46,616 nt of DNA, from NCBI GenBank assembly GCA_018061205.1, contig JAGOUP010000001.1:1-46616 (forward strand), read 5' to 3'. Numbering within the stretch: position 1 is the first letter of the stretch; each line of letters begins with the position of its first letter. Of this stretch, positions 34,109-41,605 are shown in pieces. This DNA is from Candidatus Levyibacteriota bacterium (lineage in GTDB: Bacteria > Patescibacteriota > Microgenomatia > Levybacterales > UBA12049). The notes beneath the pieces were generated by a model that saw only the letters and a program-made list of their open reading frames with translations, made no database searches and was not told the origin of the DNA. Made by a program: the position numbers and the translations under genes.

Positions 34109-34219
34109 ATTTACCAAAATAATCTGGTTTAACAGAAGCAGCGTTTTCACTCCGAAATAACAATTGAAGATTGAATAATTTGAAGACTGTCACAAGTGAA
34201 TTTAACGGTATTTATATTT

Positions 34220-34257
34220 CTATTCTTTTGTTCCTGAATATATCAACCACGGGGAGC
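34220..34257 (+). repeat. 38-bp dispersed repeat, copy 1
   Basis: ctattcttttgttcctgaatatatcaaccacggggagc. Followed by an inverted arm gtggattgatatatt (34264-34278). Confidence 0.7.
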
Positions 34258-34302
34258 TTTGATGTGGATTGATATATTTATCCGAACTTTGGGGAGCAGA
34301 TA

Positions 34303-35064
34303 CTATAATCTACTATTATTAAAATAATGGCTCCAATCTCCATCATGAAATTCATTTAAGACCATACAAATATCTATACCAAAATCGTTTTGTATGTATA
34401 CCCACACACACTTTATTTCCGGTACATCTATGCCTTCTGGAAATAATTTCTTAAAATCCTCATATTTCGCTTCTACTTGTAAATCTATTTGTATAAGAGG
34501 TGTAGATGATTTTGAAAAAGAAACTATTTCAATTTTTGGTCTTCTGATTAAATCATAATTTACTTCTCCGCTCTCGATTTCTTCTTTTGTCCCAGGAAGT
34601 ATAAAATCCCAAGGTTCATCAGCAAGTTCCTTAGGAAAGGTATGATAGAGACAAGTCTCTTTTAGCTTTTCTCTCAGTTCAAGTATTTGAGGATGAATGC
34701 CGCCAAAATATGGGAGATTAAAACCAGTATGATCGACAGCTTTTAATAATAGATCTTTAGCTCTATTAAGATACTCGTCCATAGCTATATGTTTATATTC
34801 ATGTGGACTTTGTTTCGTAATGCCAGTTACATTTGTTATATCTACAGAAAATGAAGAGTTATCACTAAAATTAAAATGTACTTGCGGAATCTGTCTCTCT
34901 GAAAAAGAAAATTTTGTTGAAGGGCTATATGTGTTTTCTGAAAGATTTAGTCTTAATTCTTCATTTTCTACATTTCCTAGATGAGACAAGTAATCAAGAA
35001 AGGATTTAGTAAATTCTTTGTTTTTGTTTGGGAGTTTGTAGAGTACATCTATTAAATATTTCAT
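34303..35064 (-). CDS. hypothetical protein, paralogue of 45820..46584 (possibly VOC/glyoxalase-like fold)
   Basis: 253 aa, highly similar in protein and nucleotide sequence to the ORF at the window end. VDHTGFNLP and IQIDLQVE are weakly reminiscent of VOC metal-binding strands. Start overlaps the upstream kinase gene by 4 nt. Confidence 0.6.
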   Translation of the reverse strand: MKYLIDVLYKLPNKNKEFTKSFLDYLSHLGNVENEELRLNLSENTYSPSTKFSFSERQIPQVHFNFSDNSSFSVDITNVTGITKQSPHEYKHIAMDEYLNRAKDLLLKAVDHTGFNLPYFGGIHPQILELREKLKETCLYHTFPKELADEPWDFILPGTKEEIESGEVNYDLIRRPKIEIVSFSKSSTPLIQIDLQVEAKYEDFKKLFPEGIDVPEIKCVWVYIQNDFGIDICMVLNEFHDGDWSHYFNNSRL

Positions 35065-36032
35065 TGTTTGATTGTGGTAAATTGTAAACCAATTCTTCCA
35101 AGATTTAAGAAATATTCATTTTCTTTTGTTTGATTACCATTCACTTTTTTTTCATATGTCGCACCAAGCAAATGCATAGCATGAGCTACTTGGCAATATA
35201 AAGGTAAAATTTCTAACTCTATCTTTTCCAATGGAATATATTTTTGATATTCATCTAGTGTTTGTTTGTAAAGATCCTCATACTTATCTAAATTTTTTGT
35301 GTCAAAAAACACATCACACATCAATACTGCAATTTCTTGTATTCGTGGATAACAGTTTGCTACGGAAAAATCGAGGATATATAAATGGTCATTTTTATCT
35401 CGCATTATATTAGTTTTGATTAAATCTCCATGCACAAAACAATGTGGTAAATCATCTGTATTGATTTGCCGAAATTTTTCTATTAATGGATGAACTAATT
35501 TTTTATCTTCTTCAGTAAGATATTGCATCTTTTTTCCTGCTTCTGCCAAGAAATTAACTATAGCCCAACTATCATAAATTGATGAAGGTTTTAATGAAAT
35601 TTGATTTATTTTTGCTGCCTGCTCTATCAGAAAAAGAGCTTCTTTTTGTGTCAATATTGTAGGAGTATCAAATAATGTCCATCCATCAATATAGTGCATA
35701 ACAATAAGTCTGATTGGGTTACCATCGATAATGGTTTCATATATATAATTTTGATATCGTGTAGGATACACTTCAGGCTGTTCAACTCCCGAATATTTTG
35801 CTCGTTCTAGTATCTCTACATACCGCTCGCAGTCTGATTTATCTCTAAATGACGCAAAGATTTTTACAAAAAACTTATGATGACTTGTTTCAACAACTAC
35901 ATTTAAATCCTCATAACCCATTTCTACTATAGAGTGTGACTTGTATGAACCATGGTTGTAGTTCTCAAACGCTTTCGTCAAAATAGGGGCGAGATCACCC
36001 TCATAGCCAATACGAGATTGTATGTTAATCAT
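35061..36032 (-). CDS. APH/choline-kinase-family phosphotransferase
   Basis: 323 aa. Catalytic loop HGDLIKTNIM and metal-binding ILDFS, typical of the aminoglycoside phosphotransferase / homoserine kinase II family. Confidence 0.75.
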   Translation of the reverse strand: MINIQSRIGYEGDLAPILTKAFENYNHGSYKSHSIVEMGYEDLNVVVETSHHKFFVKIFASFRDKSDCERYVEILERAKYSGVEQPEVYPTRYQNYIYETIIDGNPIRLIVMHYIDGWTLFDTPTILTQKEALFLIEQAAKINQISLKPSSIYDSWAIVNFLAEAGKKMQYLTEEDKKLVHPLIEKFRQINTDDLPHCFVHGDLIKTNIMRDKNDHLYILDFSVANCYPRIQEIAVLMCDVFFDTKNLDKYEDLYKQTLDEYQKYIPLEKIELEILPLYCQVAHAMHLLGATYEKKVNGNQTKENEYFLNLGRIGLQFTTIKQ

Positions 36033-36047
36033 GAAGCTAGTATAGCA
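36033..36047 (-). promoter_or_regulatory. extended -10 tgctatact, 6 nt before the kinase ATG
   Basis: Minus-strand reading tgctatact-agcttc-ATG. Back-to-back with the divergent promoter at 36060. Confidence 0.55.
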
Positions 36048-36059
36048 TCTATTTTTGAG

Positions 36060-36074
36060 TGCTATAATCAGCTT
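36060..36074 (+). promoter_or_regulatory. extended -10 tgctataat, 6 nt before ATG 36075
   Basis: tgctataat-cagctt-ATG. The same box is duplicated at 39668 and 44193. Confidence 0.55.
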
Positions 36075-36548
36075 ATGAAGGAATCTAAATTTGATTGGAG
36101 AAAATACATAGAAGAAGCATTATCAGCTACAGAGTATTGCAGCTTAGCTACAGTGGATGAAAAAGGAGTGTGGTCAAATCCTGTCTATTTTGCTTGGGAT
36201 GAAAAATATAATCTGTATTTCATTTCCCAAATGCATTCTCGTCATATGCAGAATATAAAAAGGAATAATCGGATAGCAGTATCTATCTATAAAACAGAAC
36301 AAAAAGGTGATGTACTTGGTATACAATTGGAAGGTAGAGCAGAAATTTTAACAGGAAAAAAAGAAGCAATGAAAAAAGCGTTCGATATTTATTTTGCCAG
36401 AGCGGGGAAAGGTAAAGACCAAGAAGAATATATGACTAACCCTACTTGGCATTTTGTTAAAATTACTCCTGAACATATCTACTATTTCGACACCAATTTT
36501 TTTGAGGAAGAAAGGCAAGAAGTACCATTGCAAGAGCTAATAAACTGA
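36075..36548 (+). CDS. pyridoxamine 5'-phosphate oxidase-like FMN-binding protein (general stress protein 26 type)
   Basis: 157 aa from ATG 36075. The ORF-track extension back to 35952 overlaps the divergent kinase gene and its promoter. Split-barrel-like pattern CSLATVDEKG...NPVYFAWDE...LYFIS. Confidence 0.65.
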   Translation: MKESKFDWRKYIEEALSATEYCSLATVDEKGVWSNPVYFAWDEKYNLYFISQMHSRHMQNIKRNNRIAVSIYKTEQKGDVLGIQLEGRAEILTGKKEAMKKAFDIYFARAGKGKDQEEYMTNPTWHFVKITPEHIYYFDTNFFEEERQEVPLQELIN

Positions 36549-36931
36549 TGAAATGGATTATCTTTATTCTCAATCTTCCTTATACGCTTGCAGGAATTGT
36601 TCTAACAATTCTGTCTGTCCCTTATCATGCAAGATTAATTACAGATCCATTTGCTATCGTATGTAACGTAAAAAGTTTTTGGTGGGGGTTTTGGTATTTG
36701 AAAAATGCTCGTGCATTAACTATTGGACATACTATTCTCATGAGTCCAAAAGAGCTAGAGAACGATTTGGAACATGAAATTATCCATATAAAACAGTTTG
36801 AACAATATCCTTTTATCTTCCCATTTTTATACTTTTATGACAGAGCAAAGAAGGGGTATAGAATGAATCGTTTTGAGGACGAAGCCTATACAAAATCAAA
36901 GAGTTTTTATAAAGGCGTAAGACAAGGATAA
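36548..36931 (+). CDS. small membrane protein with HExxH motif (putative zinc metallopeptidase)
   Basis: 127 aa. N-terminal TM segment and LEHEIIHIKQFE motif. Start overlaps the previous stop (TGATG). Confidence 0.45.
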   Translation: MKWIIFILNLPYTLAGIVLTILSVPYHARLITDPFAIVCNVKSFWWGFWYLKNARALTIGHTILMSPKELENDLEHEIIHIKQFEQYPFIFPFLYFYDRAKKGYRMNRFEDEAYTKSKSFYKGVRQG

Positions 36932-36943
36932 ATTTTTAATTTC

Positions 36944-36958
36944 TGATATAATCTTGAT
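36944..36958 (+). promoter_or_regulatory. extended -10 tgatataat, 6 nt before ATG 36959
   Basis: tgatataat-cttgat-ATG. Confidence 0.5.
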
Positions 36959-37327
36959 ATGTATAAATTGGATGAAAAAGTATTCAAAAAGTGGATGGAT
37001 ACCATGGGAAAAGCATGGACTACCAAAGATACATCTCTAGCTGTAAGCCTGTTTGATGACAGTGCTACCTACGCAGCAACACCATACCGAGAAGTATTGA
37101 AAGGAAAAGATGCTATTCATCACTATTGGGAAAGTGGTATGAGTACTCAAGAGAAGATAACATTTGATTATGAAATACTTGCTGTAAAGGATAACTACGG
37201 AATTGCTCATGCATGGGGTTCTATGATGCAAGATGGTAAGGATGAAGCATGGGATGGTATTTTTTGGGCTACATTTGCAGAAAACGGAAAATGTAATATC
37301 TGGCGGGAATGGTGGGTTAGTAAATAA
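36959..37327 (+). CDS. NTF2-like (SnoaL/DUF4440-type) protein
   Basis: 122 aa. Size and pattern (AWTTKD...LFDDSATY...GKDAIHHYW) are typical of the SnoaL-like fold. Confidence 0.5.
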   Translation: MYKLDEKVFKKWMDTMGKAWTTKDTSLAVSLFDDSATYAATPYREVLKGKDAIHHYWESGMSTQEKITFDYEILAVKDNYGIAHAWGSMMQDGKDEAWDGIFWATFAENGKCNIWREWWVSK

Positions 37328-37367
37328 ATTATCTCTTTTGAAAATCCATTGCCATAAAAGCTATTGA

Positions 37368-37381
37368 TGTTACAATGATTT
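37368..37381 (+). promoter_or_regulatory. extended -10 tgttacaat, 5 nt before ATG 37382
   Basis: tgttacaat-gattt-ATG. Confidence 0.5.
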
Positions 37382-38413
37382 ATGAACAATACGCTAACAG
37401 CCTTAAAAGGAATAAAAGTAGGACATTCTACTCGCCTTGATAAACTTACTGGTTGTACCTTCATTTCTTTTGATAAAGAACTACCTGTTGCATATAAATC
37501 ATATGGTGGTGCTCCTGGAACATATGCAACAGAAAATTTGAATAATGGTATGTCTTTTGCTTCAAGAGATGGCTTATTTATTGCAGGAGGAAGTCTTAAT
37601 GGACTGACTTGTGCCGCAGGAATTGTAGAAAGATTAGTTGAAAAGAAACAAGGGTATAAAATTGGGAATAGTCTTATGCCTGCTATAAGTGGAGCGATTG
37701 TTTGGGATTTAGGTGTCGAGATTGCACAATTTCAGTCATCATACGGAAAAGAAGCCGTAGATAATCTTTCTGATAAACCAGTAGAAAATGGAAATGTTGG
37801 TGCTGGTACAGGAACAGCAGTTGGTAAGTTTCAGTATTTAGAACTAGGAAAAAGTAATCCTGCTATGAAAGCAGGAGTGGGTTCTGCAAGAATAGATTTA
37901 GGAAATGGGATAATAGTTTGTGCCTTATCTGTTGTAAATGCTTTAGGAAATGTAATAAATCCAGACGGAACTGTTCTGGCAGGTAATAGAAATGAAAAAG
38001 AAGGATTTACCACATTTGAAGAAGTAACAGAGTTTGTAACAACTAAAAAATCAAATACTACAATTTCTGTAGTAGGTATAAATGTTGATTTGAAATCAAG
38101 AGAAAACTATGAACGAATTGCACATTTTGGTACTCAGGGACAAGTACGAGCAATAAGTCCAGTACAAACCTCCGTAGATGGTGATACTGTTTTTGTTTTT
38201 TCTACAGAAGAAATCAAAGAACCACTTAATTCTTTTGGAAAGTATTGGGAAACTCCTGCTTGGCCAGAGTTTACTGTAGATATTATTGGACAAGCAGTAG
38301 CAAAAGCAGTACAAGAAAGTATTTATGATGCTTGTCAAAAAGCTGAAACTATAGAGTTTGAAAAGGCATACAAAGGTGTAATACCTTCTACAAAGGACTA
38401 CAAAAAGATTTGA
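37382..38413 (+). CDS. peptidase family S58 (DmpA/L-aminopeptidase-like, Ntn hydrolase)
   Basis: 343 aa. GIKVGHST...LTGCTFI...GGAPGT...FIAGGSLNGL N-terminal blocks and SNTTISVVG self-processing site region. Confidence 0.75.
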   Translation: MNNTLTALKGIKVGHSTRLDKLTGCTFISFDKELPVAYKSYGGAPGTYATENLNNGMSFASRDGLFIAGGSLNGLTCAAGIVERLVEKKQGYKIGNSLMPAISGAIVWDLGVEIAQFQSSYGKEAVDNLSDKPVENGNVGAGTGTAVGKFQYLELGKSNPAMKAGVGSARIDLGNGIIVCALSVVNALGNVINPDGTVLAGNRNEKEGFTTFEEVTEFVTTKKSNTTISVVGINVDLKSRENYERIAHFGTQGQVRAISPVQTSVDGDTVFVFSTEEIKEPLNSFGKYWETPAWPEFTVDIIGQAVAKAVQESIYDACQKAETIEFEKAYKGVIPSTKDYKKI

Positions 38414-38482
38414 AAATTCAGGAAGCCATACTTATTTTTCCTCTGATTCCTCTAAAGAATTAATAAAATAGCTTCAAGCTTC

Positions 38483-38497
38483 TGATATACTGCAACT
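38483..38497 (+). promoter_or_regulatory. extended -10 tgatatact, 6 nt before ATG 38498
   Basis: tgatatact-gcaact-ATG. Confidence 0.5.
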
Positions 38498-39667
38498 ATG
38501 GATAGAAATATACAAATTGCATATATATTAACCATTTTTAAAAATACGTGGTTTTGGCTGGGTATATGGATTTTTTATTATCTCCGATTTACTGATTACG
38601 CTGGTATTGGGCTTATTGAAACATCATTAGTTATTGCTATGGCGATTAGTGAAATCCCAACAGGAGCAGTAGCTGATTTATTAGGTAAAAAGAAAACCTT
38701 ATTTGTTTCCTTTCTTTTGCAAGCAATCGGTGGATATATGATGGCATTTGCTCCTCATGTATCGTGGCTTATTGTTGCAGTTTTTATCATGGGAATAGGT
38801 GGAGCATTTTATTCAGGAACTTTAGAAGCCTTGGTATATGATTCGTTAAAACAAAAAGGGCAAGAGGCTACATATAACAAAGTTATTTCTCATATTACTT
38901 CTTTAGGACTTGCTGTTCCTGCAATATGTAGTATCCTTGGAGGTTTTCTTTATATCATGCAACCTAATCTACCCTTCTTAGCAAATGCCCTTGCTTATTC
39001 TCTTGCACTTATTTTCTGTTTATTCCTTATTGAACCAAAGATTGATACTGAGAAGTTTTCAATGAAAAATCTTTTGGTTCAAACACAATATGGTTTCCAT
39101 CAACTATTTAAAGAAAACTACATACGAAAACAAATGATTATTTTATTAGCTATCGGATTAGTTGTTGTTATTTGTGATGAGATGCTCAATAGTTTCTTAG
39201 GAGTAGAGTTTGGATTCAAGCCTGAATCTATTGGCATATTGTGGGCTGTTATTTATCTCGTTTCTGCGTTTGCTTCACAATTAACTCCATACATCACAAA
39301 ATTCATGCCATATGATAAGTCAATTATTCTTATTGGTGTACTTATAGCCGTATCGCTTATTGTATCTCCATGGCTTGGATTGGTTATTGGAGGTTTTTCT
39401 CTTTTACTGCGATCATCCTTACAAGCAGTCTATGGAAATGTATCATCCATTATTATTAACGACCATACAGAATCTCGGTATAGAGCAACAACATTATCTA
39501 CATTTAACCTCATCAAAAATATTCCTTATGTATTAACGGCATATCTTCTAGGATCTATGGCTGATACATATTCTGCTGTCGTTTTAGCAAGTATTTTAGG
39601 TGTTGTACTTATGATTATGCTTCTTTATCCATTGTTTGGAATTTTAGTAAATAGGCCTAAAATCTAG
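38498..39667 (+). CDS. MFS transporter
   Basis: 389 aa, about 11-12 hydrophobic segments. GAVADLLGKKKT loop resembles MFS motif A. Confidence 0.75.
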   Translation: MDRNIQIAYILTIFKNTWFWLGIWIFYYLRFTDYAGIGLIETSLVIAMAISEIPTGAVADLLGKKKTLFVSFLLQAIGGYMMAFAPHVSWLIVAVFIMGIGGAFYSGTLEALVYDSLKQKGQEATYNKVISHITSLGLAVPAICSILGGFLYIMQPNLPFLANALAYSLALIFCLFLIEPKIDTEKFSMKNLLVQTQYGFHQLFKENYIRKQMIILLAIGLVVVICDEMLNSFLGVEFGFKPESIGILWAVIYLVSAFASQLTPYITKFMPYDKSIILIGVLIAVSLIVSPWLGLVIGGFSLLLRSSLQAVYGNVSSIIINDHTESRYRATTLSTFNLIKNIPYVLTAYLLGSMADTYSAVVLASILGVVLMIMLLYPLFGILVNRPKI

Positions 39668-39688
39668 TGCTATAATCAGTTTATAAAT
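39668..39688 (+). promoter_or_regulatory. extended -10 tgctataat, 12 nt before ATG 39689
   Basis: Duplicated together with the PNPOx-like gene (gtgctataatcag shared with 36059). Confidence 0.5.
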
Positions 39689-40108
39689 ATGTCAGATTTT
39701 GAATGGAAGAGATATATAGAAGAAGCGTTATCAGTTACTGACTATTGCAGCATTGCAACAGTAGATGAGAAAGGTGTCAAATATAATCTATACTTCATTT
39801 CCCAAATGCACTCTCGTCATATGCAGAATCTGAAAAAAAATAACAGGATTGCAGTATCTATTTATAAAACAGAACAGAAAGGTGATGTCTTAGGAATACA
39901 ACTAGAAGGAACAGCAGAAATTTTGACAGGGAACAAAGATGAAATGGAAAAAGCCTTTGCTATTTATTTTGCAAGAGCTGGAAAAGGGAAAGATCAAGAA
40001 ACATACATGAATAATCCTACATGGCATTTTGTCAAAATCACCCCACAGAAAATGTACTACTTTGATACTAGATTTTTTGAAGAAGAAAGACAGGAAGTAT
40101 CATTATAA
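39689..40108 (+). CDS. PNPOx-like FMN-binding protein, paralogue of 36075..36548 with an 11-codon in-frame deletion
   Basis: 139 aa. Near-identical blocks (YFISQMHSRHMQN, AVSIYKTEQKGDVLGIQLEG, YFARAGKGKDQE), but WSNPVYFAWDE is missing. Confidence 0.6.
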   Translation: MSDFEWKRYIEEALSVTDYCSIATVDEKGVKYNLYFISQMHSRHMQNLKKNNRIAVSIYKTEQKGDVLGIQLEGTAEILTGNKDEMEKAFAIYFARAGKGKDQETYMNNPTWHFVKITPQKMYYFDTRFFEEERQEVSL

Positions 40109-40113
40109 ATGTT

Positions 40114-40506
40114 ATGAACTACACAGGAGTTATTATTGAAGAAAGTCTGAAAGATGCTTCATTTCTGCAAAATATAAAGATATTAGACACAAAAGTTGAA
40201 CAAGTTACTTTAGATCATAAGACTCCCTGGCTCAAGCAATGGACACTCCATACAGTTGAAATACCAGAAGGCAAAGGTGATGAAATTGCTGATGAAATAA
40301 GTACATCATTTGATCCAGAACATCCTGATTGGTATGCAGACTTCAAAAATGACAAGTATCATTTCATTATTTTTTCCAATAAAGTATTTAAGCTAGAGTT
40401 AGAAAATCCTGTTTTATATAAAGATGCTAAAGCCTATGGTATATCTATTGGCATTCCTGAATACCAAGTAGATTTTGTCCCAGAGGACAAAGTGTGGGAG
40501 AGATAG
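40114..40506 (+). CDS. hypothetical protein (family shared with 42864..43244)
   Basis: 130 aa. Alignable by eye to the 126-aa ORF at 42864..43244 (ESLKDASFLQN/ESFEDPTILNN; PDWYADFKN...FIIFSNKVFKL/PDWNAMFYN...YAVFKGKIFTL). Confidence 0.5.
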   Translation: MNYTGVIIEESLKDASFLQNIKILDTKVEQVTLDHKTPWLKQWTLHTVEIPEGKGDEIADEISTSFDPEHPDWYADFKNDKYHFIIFSNKVFKLELENPVLYKDAKAYGISIGIPEYQVDFVPEDKVWER

Positions 40507-40508
40507 TT

Positions 40509-40952
40509 ATGAAAAAAGGTATTGATTATATTGGTGTAGGTGTTGGGGCTGCAATCTTTAATAAAGAAGGAAAACTATTTATTACACTCAGAGGAGAAAA
40601 AGCACAAAATGAAAGAGGCAAATGGGAAATACCAGGAGGTGGCGTAGAATTTGGAGAAACATTCGAAGATGCGATAAAACGAGAGATAAAAGAGGAGCTA
40701 GATATAGATATTGAAGTCATAGAGCTACTTGGAGTTTGTAGTCATATCATTCCAGATGAAAAACAACATTGGGTAGCACCAACGTATATTTGTAAAATCA
40801 AAAAAGGTAGCCCCAAAATTATGGAGCCACATAAATGTGCAGACATAGGATGGTTTACAATAAAAGAAGCAGAAAAACTCAATCTTTCTTTGATTACCAA
40901 ATATGACATTGGACAAATTAAAAAGAAGTACCCGAATGGAATAAATATATGA
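40509..40952 (+). CDS. NUDIX hydrolase
   Basis: Nudix box GGGVEFGETFEDAIKREIKEELD. Start set to ATG 40509, which has GGGAGAG about 8 nt upstream. Confidence 0.8.
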   Translation: MKKGIDYIGVGVGAAIFNKEGKLFITLRGEKAQNERGKWEIPGGGVEFGETFEDAIKREIKEELDIDIEVIELLGVCSHIIPDEKQHWVAPTYICKIKKGSPKIMEPHKCADIGWFTIKEAEKLNLSLITKYDIGQIKKKYPNGINI

Positions 40953-41359
40953 CGAATAAACCGTTAATAGATAAGTTGGCTTGGATTTATATTAAAGATC
41001 GAAAAATACTTTCCACTCGTTCCAAAGGAAAAGATGCTTGGTATATACCAGGAGGTAAACGTGAAGAAGGTGAAAGCGATAAAGAAGCACTAGTTAGAGA
41101 AGTACTTGAAGAACTGACGGTAGACCTCATACCAGAAACTATAAAATATTTGGAGACCTTTAAAGCACAAGCTCATGGAAAACCACAAGGTGTATTTGTA
41201 CAAATGACGTGTTATACAGCAGATTATAAGGGTGAGCTTGCTCCATCAGCAGAGATTGAAGAAATGGCATGGCTCACATCAGATACAGACCCAAAGCTAT
41301 TGTCCCCAGTTGATAGGATAATTTTTAAGCACCTTAAAGAGGAAAACTTAATTGACTAA
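40949..41359 (+). CDS. NUDIX hydrolase
   Basis: 136 aa. Nudix box GGKREEGESDKEALVREVLEEL. ATGA overlap with the preceding NUDIX gene. Confidence 0.8.
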   Translation: MTNKPLIDKLAWIYIKDRKILSTRSKGKDAWYIPGGKREEGESDKEALVREVLEELTVDLIPETIKYLETFKAQAHGKPQGVFVQMTCYTADYKGELAPSAEIEEMAWLTSDTDPKLLSPVDRIIFKHLKEENLID

Positions 41360-41426
41360 GCGAGAACTGAGTTGATGTGCAGTGTCTCAAAAACCGTTTG
41401 GATGTTTTGCAAAGTGAAACCAAACT

Positions 41427-41464
41427 CTATTTCTTTGTTCCTGAATATATCAATCAAGGGGAGC
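41427..41464 (+). repeat. 38-bp dispersed repeat, copy 2
   Basis: ctatttctttgttcctgaatatatcaatcaaggggagc. Confidence 0.7.
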
Positions 41465-41525
41465 AAAATGCCCAATAAAGCATCTTATTATAACCTGATT
41501 TTAGCATAATTGCCTTAAATTGAAG

Positions 41526-41594
41526 CCTAACATAGCATTGACACTTGTTAGGTTTTAGTGCTATAATCCTAACAAGTCCAACTAAGATGTTAGG
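41526..41594 (+). promoter_or_regulatory. Fic promoter (ttgaca, N18, tataat with TG extension) embedded in two CCTAACA-N13-TGTTAGG palindromes
   Basis: Half-sites at 41526-32, 41546-52, 41568-74 and 41588-94. -35 at 41538-43, -10 at 41562-67, SD aggag at 41592-96. Confidence 0.6.
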
Positions 41595-41605
41595 AGTCAA
41601 AAATA

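Noticed and set aside
33201-34302. Integrase or att site defining an integrated element at tRNA-Asn
   Set aside because: No recombinase gene exists anywhere in the window, and I found no direct repeat of the tRNA 3' end downstream. Island status therefore remains inference only.
35952-36074. 41-codon N-terminal extension of the PNPOx-like gene
   Set aside because: It overlaps the divergent kinase gene and both promoters. The paralogue at 39689 starts at the equivalent of ATG 36075.
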